Source: Gammaproteobacteria bacterium (GTDB lineage Bacteria; Pseudomonadota; Gammaproteobacteria; JBCCGL01). Taken from it: a stretch of 64,000 nucleotides of DNA. The position numbers and the translations under genes are program-made. The notes under the pieces are model-generated. The model ran no database searches, was not told the DNA's origin, and worked only from the letters and a program-made list of their open reading frames with translations. The stretch spans positions 1,760,001-1,824,000 of the forward strand of contig OZ255836.1 of assembly GCA_965277715.1 (NCBI GenBank). The letters are read 5' to 3'. Shown here in pieces: positions 40,339 through 50,141 of this stretch (within the stretch, counting starts at the first letter, position 1; each line of letters opens with the position of its first letter).

Positions 40339-42648
40339 TTATTTGATATCCGGTGGATCAAATGCGGTCAATTTTGGTTGTGCTTCGGTAAATAATTCAA
40401 TTTCAACCATACAGGTGTGTGCAATCGGGCCTTGTGCGAGCTGAGATGTGCCGATGTCGGGGGTTAATACGTTCGGGTTTCCGTGCTTGCATAAACTGCC
40501 CGGGCTCGCGGGTTGTAGCGGGTCATACCAGGCGCCCGTGCTCATTTGTACAACGCCCTGCATCACCTGGTCATCAATGATTACACCACCGAGACAGGCT
40601 CCCCGCTGGTTAAATACCCGCACGATATTGCCATTGGCCAGGTTTCTGGCTTTGGCGTCTTGTGGGTGTAGCATGATCGGTTCACGCTGATTGATTTTAT
40701 CCGCACGGCAATGGCTTCCATGATCCAGTTGTGAGTGAAGCTTGGTCTTCGGTTGGTTCGAAATTAAATGCAAGGGGTATTTTTTACTATTGCCACCGAG
40801 CCATTCGATTGGCTCCATCCAGGTGGCATGGCCGGGGCAGTCGGTGTAGTTAAAACTGGCCACAACAGTTGAGTGGATTTCAATTTTGCCCGATGGCGTC
40901 GATAGTGGGTTTGCCAGCGGATCATCGCGAAAGGCCTGCAACATGACGACAGGTTCAATAGGTGCTTCAGGCTTAAACCAGCCGGATTTTTTGAAATCGG
41001 CATAGCATGGCATATCAAAGCCCTGCGCTTTTGCGCGCTCGACGGTCGAGTGATAAATCCACTCTATCCATTGTTGTTCGCTGCGGCCTTCGGTAAAGGC
41101 ATCCTCGACACCCATCTGGCGCGCCAGGCCCGAGAATATAGCGTAATCGTTGCGGCTTAGGCCAATGGGTTTTATTGCCTGTTGCATATCAATCACGTAA
41201 GGATCACGCGGTGATATGGATAGGTCACTTCGTTCGAGTGAGGTGGTGCAGGGCAGGACAATATCGGCGTGTTTGGCCATGCTGTTCCAGCACCAGTCGT
41301 GCACCACTATTGTGTCGGGTTTTCGCCAGGCCATGAGCATTTTGTTCAAGTCCTGGTGGTGGTGAAACGGATTGCCACCCGCCCAGTAAACAACGTGAAT
41401 ATCAGGGTATTCGTAGGTGCTGCCGTTGTACTCAAATGGAGCACCCGGGTGCAGTAACATGTCGCTAATCCGTGCCACTGGAATAAAGCTGGAAACCGCG
41501 TTGTCTCCCTGTGGTAGGGAGGCGCCCGGCACTTTTGTATTGTGGCCACCAATGCCATTAGTGGTCGAGTAACCAAAGGTAATGCCACCACCGGGTAATC
41601 CTATCTGGCCCAATAGGGCTGCAACGGTAATCGCCGCCCAATAAGCGTGTTCCCCATGATGCTGGCGGGTTAATGACCAGCTAATTGATATCATGGTTTT
41701 ATTCGCCGCCATTTGCTGTGCCAAGGCACGGATTCGCTGCGCAGAAACAGCACAAATAGTGGATGCCCATACGGCATCTTTGGCGATACCATCGTCAACA
41801 CCCTCCAGGTATTGTTGAAATACGTCGAATCCAACGGTGTACCGCTGGATAAAATCGTTATCGGTCAGTTGCTCGTCGAGCAGTGTCTTTGCAATGGCAA
41901 TCAGCAGGGCTGTATCTGTGCCGGGCCTTATGGCTACCCAGTCGGCATTGAGCGAATCGTCAATATCGGCCCGGATAGGGCTGACATTAACGAATTTAAT
42001 GCCCGCGTCCCGCGCCGCTATCATATGCGCCCGCTGTATATGGCGACCAACACCGCCGGCATTAATCTGGCCATTTTTGAGTGGCATGCCGCCAAATGCG
42101 ACGAGCAGTTGTGTGTGGTCAATGACCGAGCGCCAACTGGTTGTTTCTAATAATAGGGCGAATAGGTTACCCATGACGTGTGGCAGAATAACCTCCGCAC
42201 TGGCGAAGCTGTAAGTGTTTACCGAACGGGTATAACCACCGATGCAATTTAAAAAGCGGTGCACCTGGCTTTGCGCATGGTGAAACCGCCCGGCACTCGA
42301 CCAGCCGTATGAACCGGCGTAAATGGCCTGATTGCCAAACTGGTTTTTCACCCTGGATAATTCCTGACCAAGCAATGTCTCCGCCTGCTCCCATGACACT
42401 TCGACAAAAGGATCGGCACCGCGCAGGTGATTGTTACTGCCAGGACCTGCATCGAGCCAGCTCTTTCTGATCATAGGGGCTTTGATTCTCGACGGTGCAT
42501 CCAGCACGTCAACGATGCCTGAACCGATTGGCGAGACATCATCGTCTTCCTCGAACCCGTGTAGTGCGGTTACTGAACCGTTATCGGTTTCGACACGGTA
42601 GGTGCCCCAGTGGGTGCTGGTGAGTGGAAGGCTTGGTTTGGTTGTCAT
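40339..42648 (-). CDS. Molybdopterin oxidoreductase, BisC/TorA/DMSO-reductase family, no Tat leader
   Basis: STHWG, GSYGWSSAGRFHHA, YWAGGNPFHHHQD, ADIVLP, LHSQLD, STGAWYDP. Confidence 0.92.
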   Translation of the reverse strand: MTTKPSLPLTSTHWGTYRVETDNGSVTALHGFEEDDDVSPIGSGIVDVLDAPSRIKAPMIRKSWLDAGPGSNNHLRGADPFVEVSWEQAETLLGQELSRVKNQFGNQAIYAGSYGWSSAGRFHHAQSQVHRFLNCIGGYTRSVNTYSFASAEVILPHVMGNLFALLLETTSWRSVIDHTQLLVAFGGMPLKNGQINAGGVGRHIQRAHMIAARDAGIKFVNVSPIRADIDDSLNADWVAIRPGTDTALLIAIAKTLLDEQLTDNDFIQRYTVGFDVFQQYLEGVDDGIAKDAVWASTICAVSAQRIRALAQQMAANKTMISISWSLTRQHHGEHAYWAAITVAALLGQIGLPGGGITFGYSTTNGIGGHNTKVPGASLPQGDNAVSSFIPVARISDMLLHPGAPFEYNGSTYEYPDIHVVYWAGGNPFHHHQDLNKMLMAWRKPDTIVVHDWCWNSMAKHADIVLPCTTSLERSDLSISPRDPYVIDMQQAIKPIGLSRNDYAIFSGLARQMGVEDAFTEGRSEQQWIEWIYHSTVERAKAQGFDMPCYADFKKSGWFKPEAPIEPVVMLQAFRDDPLANPLSTPSGKIEIHSTVVASFNYTDCPGHATWMEPIEWLGGNSKKYPLHLISNQPKTKLHSQLDHGSHCRADKINQREPIMLHPQDAKARNLANGNIVRVFNQRGACLGGVIIDDQVMQGVVQMSTGAWYDPLQPASPGSLCKHGNPNVLTPDIGTSQLAQGPIAHTCMVEIELFTEAQPKLTAFDPPDIK

Positions 42649-42659
42649 TATTCGAGGTT

Positions 42660-42880
42660 ACCCTGAGTCAGTGGGGGCGCACAGGATTTTTGCGGTTATT
42701 ACAGGGTTTATTGGTGTGGTGGTGGTCATGCGCCCCGGTGCAGAGAGGATAATCGATATTCATACGCTCATTCCACTACTTGGCGCGCTTGGTGCAGGGT
42801 TTGCGATAATCTCGGTGCGCAAACTATCCCAGACTGAATCCACCGCGACGCTATTGGTTTATCAATCCCTATTGGGAATG
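42660..42880 (+). pseudogene. Internal fragment of a DMT/EamA transporter
   Basis: RIFAVITGFIGVVVVMRPG...VRKLSQTES without its own start or full length. Confidence 0.6.
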
Positions 42881-42988
42881 ACTACACGGGGTCTAGGCAG
42901 GATACTGACGGAACAGCCCCGAACAGTTACGAATGTACTTTTAATGCTAAACTATTTGCCCCGTTTATCCACTTCTTTCCCGGTACTG

Positions 42989-44527
42989 ATGACGACACCA
43001 ACACCCACCCAGAACGTTCGTCGTGGCCGCGCCGCCCGCCGCTCAGTCCGCATGGCGAGAGACACCCACTCACTGCCCGCCATGCAGCGCGGGCTACCGT
43101 ACCTCGATCTGATGACCCCGGTGCAGCTGGAAAAAATGCACGACGCCACCATGCGCATCCTGGAGGAAAAAGGCATCGATTTTCGTGACGACGAATCCGC
43201 CGATCTGTGGCGCGCAGCGGGCGCCACGGTCAATGGTCACCACATACGCATCGACCGCGAACTGCTGATGCAACTTATCGGCAGCGTTCCCAGTCGCTAC
43301 ACCATGCACGCCCGCAACCCGGCGCGCACCGTCTCGCTGGGCGATGGGCAAACCTGTTTTGTCCCCGCCTACGGCTCGCCGATGGTGATCGATCTGGACG
43401 GCGTTCGCCGCAACGCCACCCTTGAGGATTTCATCAACTTCGCCAAGCTCGCCTACATGGCCCCGGCCATGCACATGACGGGCGGTGTACTGGTCGAACC
43501 AATGGATATCGATGTACCCAAACGCCACTTACATATGATGTATAGCCTGCTGAAATACTCCGATAAACCGTTTATGGGCATGGTGCTGGGCAGCGAAAAA
43601 GCCCTCGACAGTATGGCGATGGTGAAGCTGGTATTCGGAGAGGAATACCTGGAAACGCACACCGTGATGACCTCGCTGGCCAACGGCAATTCGCCGCTGG
43701 TGTGGGACGAGACCATGCTGGAGGCGGCCAAAGTCTACGCCCGGCACAACCAGGCGATGCTGTACTCCCCCTTTGCCCTGTGCGGTGCCAGCACGCCCGC
43801 CAGCGTAGTCGGAACCATGGCACAGATCAGCGCCGAGGCGCTGGCCGGGGTGGCCTTTTCGCAGTTGGTGCGCAAGGGCGCGCCAGCGGTCTACGGGCAG
43901 TGGCTGGCCACCGTTTCGATGCAGAGCGGCGCGCCGATGGCGGGCACCCCGGAGATCTGCCATATCAATATGTTGATGGGGCAGTTGGCGCGCTTCTACA
44001 AACTGCCGATGCGCTGTAGCGGTATGTGCACCAGCGCCAAGCAGGTCGACGCCCAGGCCGGTTTCGAGGCGGGGCGCAATATGTACGGGGTGCTCATGTC
44101 CGGTGCCAATTTTGTGCTTTCCACCGCCGGTTATATGGAGGGCGCGATGGCGCAGAGTTACGCCAAATATGCGCTGGATATCGAACAGATGGAACTGTTC
44201 TACCGGCTGGGCAAAGGGCCGGACTTTGGTGAGCTGGACGCTGCACTGGACGCCATTCAGGATGTCGGGATCGGCAACCACTACCTCGGTAGCGCCCACA
44301 CCCTGGATAACTTTGAAACCGCCTTCTCCATGCCCGCGATGATGGATCACAACAGCTACGAACAATGGCTTGCCGACGGTGGCAAAGATGCCAACCAGCG
44401 CGGGGTGGAGAAGATTAAAAGTATGCTGGCGGAATACCAGGAACCGGCGCTGGATTCTGGTGTTGACGAAGCGCTGCGCGATTTTATTGCCCGGCGTGAG
44501 CGCCAGATTGGCGATCAGAGTTTATAA
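42989..44527 (+). CDS. MttB-superfamily methyltransferase, non-pyrrolysine (second paralog)
   Basis: RRNATLEDF, KYSDKPFMG, NSPLVWD, GASTPAS, SAKQVDAQAGFE, NHYLG; GC-richer than its neighbours. Confidence 0.9.
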   Translation: MTTPTPTQNVRRGRAARRSVRMARDTHSLPAMQRGLPYLDLMTPVQLEKMHDATMRILEEKGIDFRDDESADLWRAAGATVNGHHIRIDRELLMQLIGSVPSRYTMHARNPARTVSLGDGQTCFVPAYGSPMVIDLDGVRRNATLEDFINFAKLAYMAPAMHMTGGVLVEPMDIDVPKRHLHMMYSLLKYSDKPFMGMVLGSEKALDSMAMVKLVFGEEYLETHTVMTSLANGNSPLVWDETMLEAAKVYARHNQAMLYSPFALCGASTPASVVGTMAQISAEALAGVAFSQLVRKGAPAVYGQWLATVSMQSGAPMAGTPEICHINMLMGQLARFYKLPMRCSGMCTSAKQVDAQAGFEAGRNMYGVLMSGANFVLSTAGYMEGAMAQSYAKYALDIEQMELFYRLGKGPDFGELDAALDAIQDVGIGNHYLGSAHTLDNFETAFSMPAMMDHNSYEQWLADGGKDANQRGVEKIKSMLAEYQEPALDSGVDEALRDFIARRERQIGDQSL

Positions 44528-44599
44528 ATCATAATTGAGTGTGCCAGAAATATGATCCAATTAGCCGTGGAACCCGCCTCAGTTGAGAATGAACTCACC

Positions 44600-44745
44600 A
44601 GGCTTACCGCAAGAGGGGCCAGTAGAACGCCTGTCGCTAGCAGCCAGTCGGGCGTGCGGAGATAAGTGGTTAGCCGATAACCGCAGTCCTTTTTTACGTG
44701 TTCCTTCGATTGTTGTACCAGAGAGTTATAAGCTTGTTTGCCGCC
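44600..44745 (+). pseudogene. RES-domain toxin C-terminal remnant
   Basis: SRACGDKWL..NRS..LRVPSIVVPE is typical of RES C-termini. Confidence 0.6.
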
Positions 44746-44848
44746 TTTTGAGCTCGAAAACACAACTGGTTAACAACATAAAACACTGGAAGAAATGTAC
44801 AAATCACTGACATAACCGGAAATACTGAAAATAGTTGTGGCGTAAAGA

Positions 44849-44960
44849 ATGCAAGTATTTGCCTATTCAGAAGCACGGCAAAATTAGGCAAAACCGCTAA
44901 CATTGGATCAGGCGGAAGAAGTCGGGGTCCGTCGAAAAAACGGCGGATACTCTTGCAGCG
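44849..44960 (+). pseudogene. Phd/YefM antitoxin remnant
   Basis: Manual translation MQVFAYSEARQN*AKPLTLDQAEEVGVRRKNG. Confidence 0.6.
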
Positions 44961-44985
44961 GTGCGTGAATCAAGAGAGGTTTAAT

Positions 44986-46983
44986 TCAGGACAACGCCAA
45001 CCCCGCTTTACGCCCTTCATAAATCGCATACGCCGCCTGGCGCGACGCAACACTATCACCAATATTAACCACTACCTGATCACGCTCACACAGCGCACGG
45101 TACAGGCTGTCTTCAGCGCAGTTGGTTGTCGCCAGCACCAGCGAATCGGCCTCGACCAGTTGTTCTGTGTTATCCAGCAGCGATACTACATTGGCGCCAC
45201 GTTCTGACCAGCTTGCAATACCCGCATCGACGATAAACCGCGCACCGTGCTGCGCCAGTGCCTGACGCAAGGGGAAATCTGAGTTCATGCGCTGCAATTC
45301 GGCACCCACCATACCGTGTGGCGTCACTACGGTGACCTGGTGACCGTCCTCGGCCAACTTCCAGGCGGTGCCACAACCGCGCCAATTCCCCCCTTCATCG
45401 AGCACCACAACGCGTGCGCCGAGCCGTGCGTGCTTTTGCATCACATCTTCTACTGACCACACCTGAGTGGGGTTGTAACCGGGTAGTGTCTCAAGGTGGT
45501 GGCGTTGTTTTTGAAAGCCGGTTTCGGCGGGTAGCGAGCCGGTGGCGACGATAATGTGGTCGGCGCCAAAGGCGATCACGTCATCGGCATCGGCGGGTGT
45601 GTTGTAGTGTACGGCAACCCCAAGCTGGTACAGTTGACGTTGGTACCAGTCGATCAGGTCGAGTATTTGCGCACGCCGTGGCTGTAGCCCGGCGAGGCGA
45701 AACTGGCCACCGAGCTTGTCGCTGGCTTCGTACAGGGTGACGGTGTGACCGCATTCAGCGGCGACCCGCGCCGCCTCCAGGCCCGCCGGGCCAGCGCCAA
45801 CTATCAGGATTTTTTTTGGTGAGTCAGTTGTTACAAAGCGATCACCACCCCACTCAAATTCGCGCCCTGCCGAGGGGTTGACCAGGCAGGAGATCCAGTA
45901 GTCACGCGAGCGCCGCCCCCAGCACATTTGGTTGCATGAGAGGCAGCCGCGCACATCCTGTGGGCGGCCTTCGCGGGCTTTTGCCACCAGGTGCGGATCG
46001 GCGATCTGGCCGCGCACAATCGAAACCAAGTCCGCCTCACCGGCGGCCAGCACAGACTCGGCATTGTCAGGGGTACGGATGTGGCTTTCAGCGGTGACCA
46101 CGGCATTTTTTACAATGCCCTTTAAGGTTGACGACAAGGCTGTACCGAGCTTTTCAGGGAATTGAAAGGTCGGCATCAAACGATAAAAATCAAAGTAACT
46201 GCCGGTGCCGCAACTGACGTAATCCATGAGGTGCATGGCATCGTGCAGCGTGATAATTTCTGACATCGACTCTTCTTGAAGCGCGATGTGTACATTCGGT
46301 TCGTGGTTGATGGAGAGGCCAATAATAAAATCCTCACCACACGCCTGGCGGATGCGCGTCATAATCTCACGCGATATACGCGTGCGGTTTTCCAGTGAGC
46401 CGCCCCAACGGTCATCCCGCCGGTTCGACCAGGGTGTCCAGAATTGATCGAGGAGGCTGTGGTAGGCCGCCCAGACTTCAACACCGTCGAAGCCCGCCGC
46501 ATGGCAGCGCCGCGCCGCCTGCACAAAGCCATCGATAATAATTTCGATTTCGCCTGCACTCATGGCGTGGCTGCCGTCAGAATCGTGGTAACTGGGTAGA
46601 CCGGAAGGTGACCAGTTGGCGTGGTAGGCATTGTCCGCGTCACCGTGCTGGCCGACATGGTAGAGCTGTTGCAGGATCACCGTGCCGTGTTCATGGCAGG
46701 CGTCGGTAATACGCCGAAAATGCGGGATCACGGTATCGTCGCTGTGGCGGAAATTCCCCCGTGTCAGTACCGCCGATGCGTGTACCGGCATCGGTTCCAT
46801 CACGATCATCGCTGCACCACCGATAGCGCGCTCGCGGTAATAGGCCAGATGGCGCTCCGTCGGCAGGCCCTGTTCGGCCATATTCGCGGTGTGCGCGCCA
46901 AAAACAATGCGGTTGTGCAGCGTTTTGTGGCGCAGCGGGAGTGGTTGAAACAGGTGTTTGTAGGCGGTGGATTGTGTGTGCAT
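44986..46983 (-). CDS. NADH:flavin oxidoreductase (OYE barrel plus FAD domain; TMADH/DgcA-like)
   Basis: QLYHVGQH, AGFDGVE, NRRDD.WGGSLENR, CLSCNQMC 4Fe-4S motif, IVGAGPAGLEAA. Confidence 0.9.
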   Translation of the reverse strand: MHTQSTAYKHLFQPLPLRHKTLHNRIVFGAHTANMAEQGLPTERHLAYYRERAIGGAAMIVMEPMPVHASAVLTRGNFRHSDDTVIPHFRRITDACHEHGTVILQQLYHVGQHGDADNAYHANWSPSGLPSYHDSDGSHAMSAGEIEIIIDGFVQAARRCHAAGFDGVEVWAAYHSLLDQFWTPWSNRRDDRWGGSLENRTRISREIMTRIRQACGEDFIIGLSINHEPNVHIALQEESMSEIITLHDAMHLMDYVSCGTGSYFDFYRLMPTFQFPEKLGTALSSTLKGIVKNAVVTAESHIRTPDNAESVLAAGEADLVSIVRGQIADPHLVAKAREGRPQDVRGCLSCNQMCWGRRSRDYWISCLVNPSAGREFEWGGDRFVTTDSPKKILIVGAGPAGLEAARVAAECGHTVTLYEASDKLGGQFRLAGLQPRRAQILDLIDWYQRQLYQLGVAVHYNTPADADDVIAFGADHIIVATGSLPAETGFQKQRHHLETLPGYNPTQVWSVEDVMQKHARLGARVVVLDEGGNWRGCGTAWKLAEDGHQVTVVTPHGMVGAELQRMNSDFPLRQALAQHGARFIVDAGIASWSERGANVVSLLDNTEQLVEADSLVLATTNCAEDSLYRALCERDQVVVNIGDSVASRQAAYAIYEGRKAGLALS

Positions 46984-47002
46984 TGCGGGTTTGCCCCCCT
47001 GC

Positions 47003-47212
47003 TTATTGCGGTGGGATCAGGACTAATTTACCCAAGTGTTCTTTAGCGAGAAAATCAGTTTGTGCCTGCACGGTCTCACCACAACAAGCGGCACCCTGAA
47101 TACGCGAAAAGGATAACGCGGCACCAGACCAGGCACTGTCATCGGTATCGGTTGCGTCGAAGCCGCCGTGCCCGGTGAGTAACACAGCGGTCATTGTGCT
47201 GGGGATAGACAT
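47003..47212 (-). pseudogene. Collapsed Zn/MDR alcohol dehydrogenase-family gene
   Basis: N-terminal MTAVLLTGHGGFD, mid RIQGA.CCG and C-terminal AQ.DFLAK.HLGKLVLIP joined within 69 aa. Confidence 0.65.
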
Positions 47213-47378
47213 AATGATAGACAGCTCCGGCAAATGGCTGGATTTTACAATGGTAATTATGAACGGGTCAGCTAAATCTTGCTTTTGACCAGAAAGTGAT
47301 GGAGGGGGAGCGTATCACCGCAAATTGTATCGATAGCCATTCCCCCTCTTGATAAAGAGGAGGCCAGGAGGTGTTCTT

Positions 47379-48434
47379 TCAGCGGGACAGGTAGTAAATG
47401 CCATAGTAGGCAACAAACACGATATTCAATGCCAGGATATACAGGCCCGTCATAAAGTAAGCTTCCGTCCACAGCGATTTATTCTCTAGCACCATAAAAA
47501 AGCGCGCACTGGTGGGGCCACGCGCCATCAATACCACCAGGATAGCGATAATCATCAAATGGCCAACCGCATCGACTAAGCCAAATTTTAATATCGCCAG
47601 GATGAAAACGGTGTTGAGCCCCAGCGCGAGAATGCGCACAAACACGGAGGCACTGCTCAACAGTAAGAAGGTAATATTGAATTCGACGAACCCGGCAAAC
47701 AGCATATAAAAGTATGGTGACATGCCCATTAATAATGAAGGGTCTGCCGCCAGCATGTCATATGACCAGTGTGGAAACCCCCATTTTTCTATTGAGGCCC
47801 ACAACAGTGTTAAGCCTGTTGAGGCAAATAAAATCACATAACGTGGCATCAACCACTTTTTTTCGTCGAGGTTGCTGAACAGGAAAAAGCAGGCGGTGCC
47901 CAGGAATATTAAGTAATCCAGCATATGGAAAATGCCGTAATTACTGATACCTATCACATATAAAAGGATGATGCCGATGCCAACCAGTGGCACAGTGCGC
48001 CGATAAATTGCACACGCGGCAAGCGCCAATTGAATCCAGGGTACTACGGCGTTATCAGTTTTAAGCTCGGGGGTTAAATAAAAAGCCTGATCATTTATTC
48101 CAAATAAAAATAGCGCCACAAAAAACACCGCAATAGCACCGCGTAGAATCCACAGTGATTGCGTTGGATTGATGGTCAACGAAGCGAGTTTTTCATTGAG
48201 GAAATGCCTGTGATAACAATAGCGATCAACCCAGAAAAAAGCGTAGGTTGAAACGACAGACACTAAAAAAAGATAGATGAACTCCTTGGTGATAATCTCA
48301 CCAATCCCTAACGGTGGAGTGCTTATATCGTAGGGAAAAAACCATTTGACGTGGGCGTGAGCGGTCGTCATTACTAACAAACTAATACAGGCAGTAAAAA
48401 CAATACTTATTCTTTTGGGTACACTATCCATCAT
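47379..48434 (-). CDS. DoxX-like multi-pass membrane protein
   Basis: AHVKWF, LTPEL, SIEKW, AGFVEF, DAVGHL. Confidence 0.65.
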   Translation of the reverse strand: MMDSVPKRISIVFTACISLLVMTTAHAHVKWFFPYDISTPPLGIGEIITKEFIYLFLVSVVSTYAFFWVDRYCYHRHFLNEKLASLTINPTQSLWILRGAIAVFFVALFLFGINDQAFYLTPELKTDNAVVPWIQLALAACAIYRRTVPLVGIGIILLYVIGISNYGIFHMLDYLIFLGTACFFLFSNLDEKKWLMPRYVILFASTGLTLLWASIEKWGFPHWSYDMLAADPSLLMGMSPYFYMLFAGFVEFNITFLLLSSASVFVRILALGLNTVFILAILKFGLVDAVGHLMIIAILVVLMARGPTSARFFMVLENKSLWTEAYFMTGLYILALNIVFVAYYGIYYLSR

Positions 48435-48585
48435 TTTCTCCTGGGAGTGTCGGGCAAAAAATTATTTTAGTTATTGGCCAACACGATTGTTGGTCAGTCA
48501 AAAGTATACCAAGAGAAATCAATAACTTAAAGGCGGTAGGCTGAATAGCCTTTCACATTTCCTGTGATTGGGTTCGCGTTAAGGT

Positions 48586-49536
48586 TTAGCGTGGTTTGAT
48601 GGTAAGTGTCGGTACCGTGCAATCGGTAATGTCAATACAGGAGGAGGGGATGTGGTATTCAATAAACCGCTGCCATTGGTTTTTCCAGAACCAACTGGCC
48701 GCCTGGCTAAACGGCTCAATAGAGCATGTGCCACTGGGGTCGATTACCTCTGGCAAAAAACCGCTGCGCAATGTGCCGTCACGGCACACTGTTTCTGTGC
48801 CGACCCGTTCAGCGGGCGTGGGGTAATGGCCGTTAATGGTCGCATAGTCTTGCAGCCACTGTCGCACATAGGCCAGTACGCGGGTTTCTACCAACGGCAT
48901 TAACGTATCACGGTGGATATACACCAAACGGTCGTTAAATGCGGTGGTCGACTCCCCCACCACCTGGCTGACAAATTGTGTATCACCGTCTTCATTGCCA
49001 CCTTCCAGGTAATCTTTTGGGTCATCGCTGGGCCGGTTTTGCCCGGCCAGCGGCGGGCCTGGATCGATAATAACCGCGACGATGTTGTCGGTAGTATCAA
49101 CCCGTAACATGGCCGGGGTTGCCGGATTGACAATCTGGCCGCTGCTATAGCGAAAGTCTTCAGACAAGACGTACCAGAAACGGCGTGGAAAAGACCGTGC
49201 AAAGGGGTATATCTCCGATGCTTTGCCCTGTGAGGTCAACCAACTGATGGGCAGGCGTCCAGGCTTGAATGGCCCGCAGACGCCCGCCGGGCTGCCGTTA
49301 TCGTGCACACCGGTATCGTGTCGATCCGGGCAGGGCAAATGCCCGGGGCCAGCGCCGCCGTTGGTGTAATCGTCTGAATAATTGACGGCATAGGCGATTA
49401 GCGCCTGTTTGGCTTTTTGCAGATTATTGGCGGTGGTATTTTGTTGTGCAAGCCTGGCGGTGTTGCGGTTTTGTGTGGCCAGAAATAACGCGATGGAGCC
49501 GAGCACCAATATTGTGATGATGAATAATAACGCCAC
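48586..49536 (-). CDS. Prepilin-like PilX/minor pseudopilin protein; 5' start uncertain
   Basis: QQKG^VALLFII hydrophobic N-terminus, LQKAKQALIAYA, GHLPCPD, GRLP, FNDRLVYI. Confidence 0.65.
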   Translation of the reverse strand: MALLFIITILVLGSIALFLATQNRNTARLAQQNTTANNLQKAKQALIAYAVNYSDDYTNGGAGPGHLPCPDRHDTGVHDNGSPAGVCGPFKPGRLPISWLTSQGKASEIYPFARSFPRRFWYVLSEDFRYSSGQIVNPATPAMLRVDTTDNIVAVIIDPGPPLAGQNRPSDDPKDYLEGGNEDGDTQFVSQVVGESTTAFNDRLVYIHRDTLMPLVETRVLAYVRQWLQDYATINGHYPTPAERVGTETVCRDGTLRSGFLPEVIDPSGTCSIEPFSQAASWFWKNQWQRFIEYHIPSSCIDITDCTVPTLTIKPR

Positions 49537-49614
49537 GCCTTTTTGTTGGCTGGGTATGTTGTTAATAGTGGTTTTCCTTAAAGTATGTTCGACAGGGGGG
49601 GGGGAGGAAATGAT

Positions 49615-49656
49615 TCTAAATTAGTCAGTTGAATCTACTGCGAATGCCTAATGCAC
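49615..49656. mobile_element. Partial diverged copy of the 4524-4698 MITE end
   Basis: CTAAATT-agt-CAGTTGAATCTACTGCGA-atg-CCTAATGCAC matches the reverse complement of the MITE right arm. Confidence 0.7.
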
Positions 49657-49939
49657 TAACTATAGAACACTTTGGGTGTAGCTTCTTTGAACCAGTATTA
49701 AAAATTTAATAAATCAAATAGTTAGAGATTTCTGTAAGGGTGTGAGGGGGGCGATTGTAGTCGTTATGTAGGTGTGAACCTGATAATGACACAAAAAAAC
49801 TCTCTTACGCCTGAAGCTTACTCCACAACCGTTGAATTGTCCCTTTCTTTTTGAGTACTTATGTGTTCATGAGTAACCGAATTGTGTAGTAAAAGTGCTT
49901 GAATCCAGTGATTGCAGACATGCTGAGCACGGTGAAATT

Positions 49940-50110
49940 GAACTGTACATTGTGGCTTGGATGCTTTCACATAAGGAAAACAGTGCACTGGCACAGCAGT
50001 TCATTCAGGAGACCAGTGCACGTTATGCAATTAGACTCGGTCAGCTGAGGCTGCATCAGGATAGAGGGGCGTCGATGACAGCACATTGTTACCTTACTAT
50101 CAACAGTGTG
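49940..50110 (+). pseudogene. IS3-family integrase core fragment
   Basis: YIVAWML...E...LA..FI...LHQDRGASM. Confidence 0.6.
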
Positions 50111-50141
50111 CTGGAGGGCTTCACACCTTGTCAGGTATTTT

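Noticed and set aside
42602-44527. DMT-MttB fusion protein of 641 aa
   Set aside because: It overlaps the start of the divergent Mo-enzyme gene, and the DMT part is a short internal fragment joined by non-homologous-looking sequence; a chance open frame.
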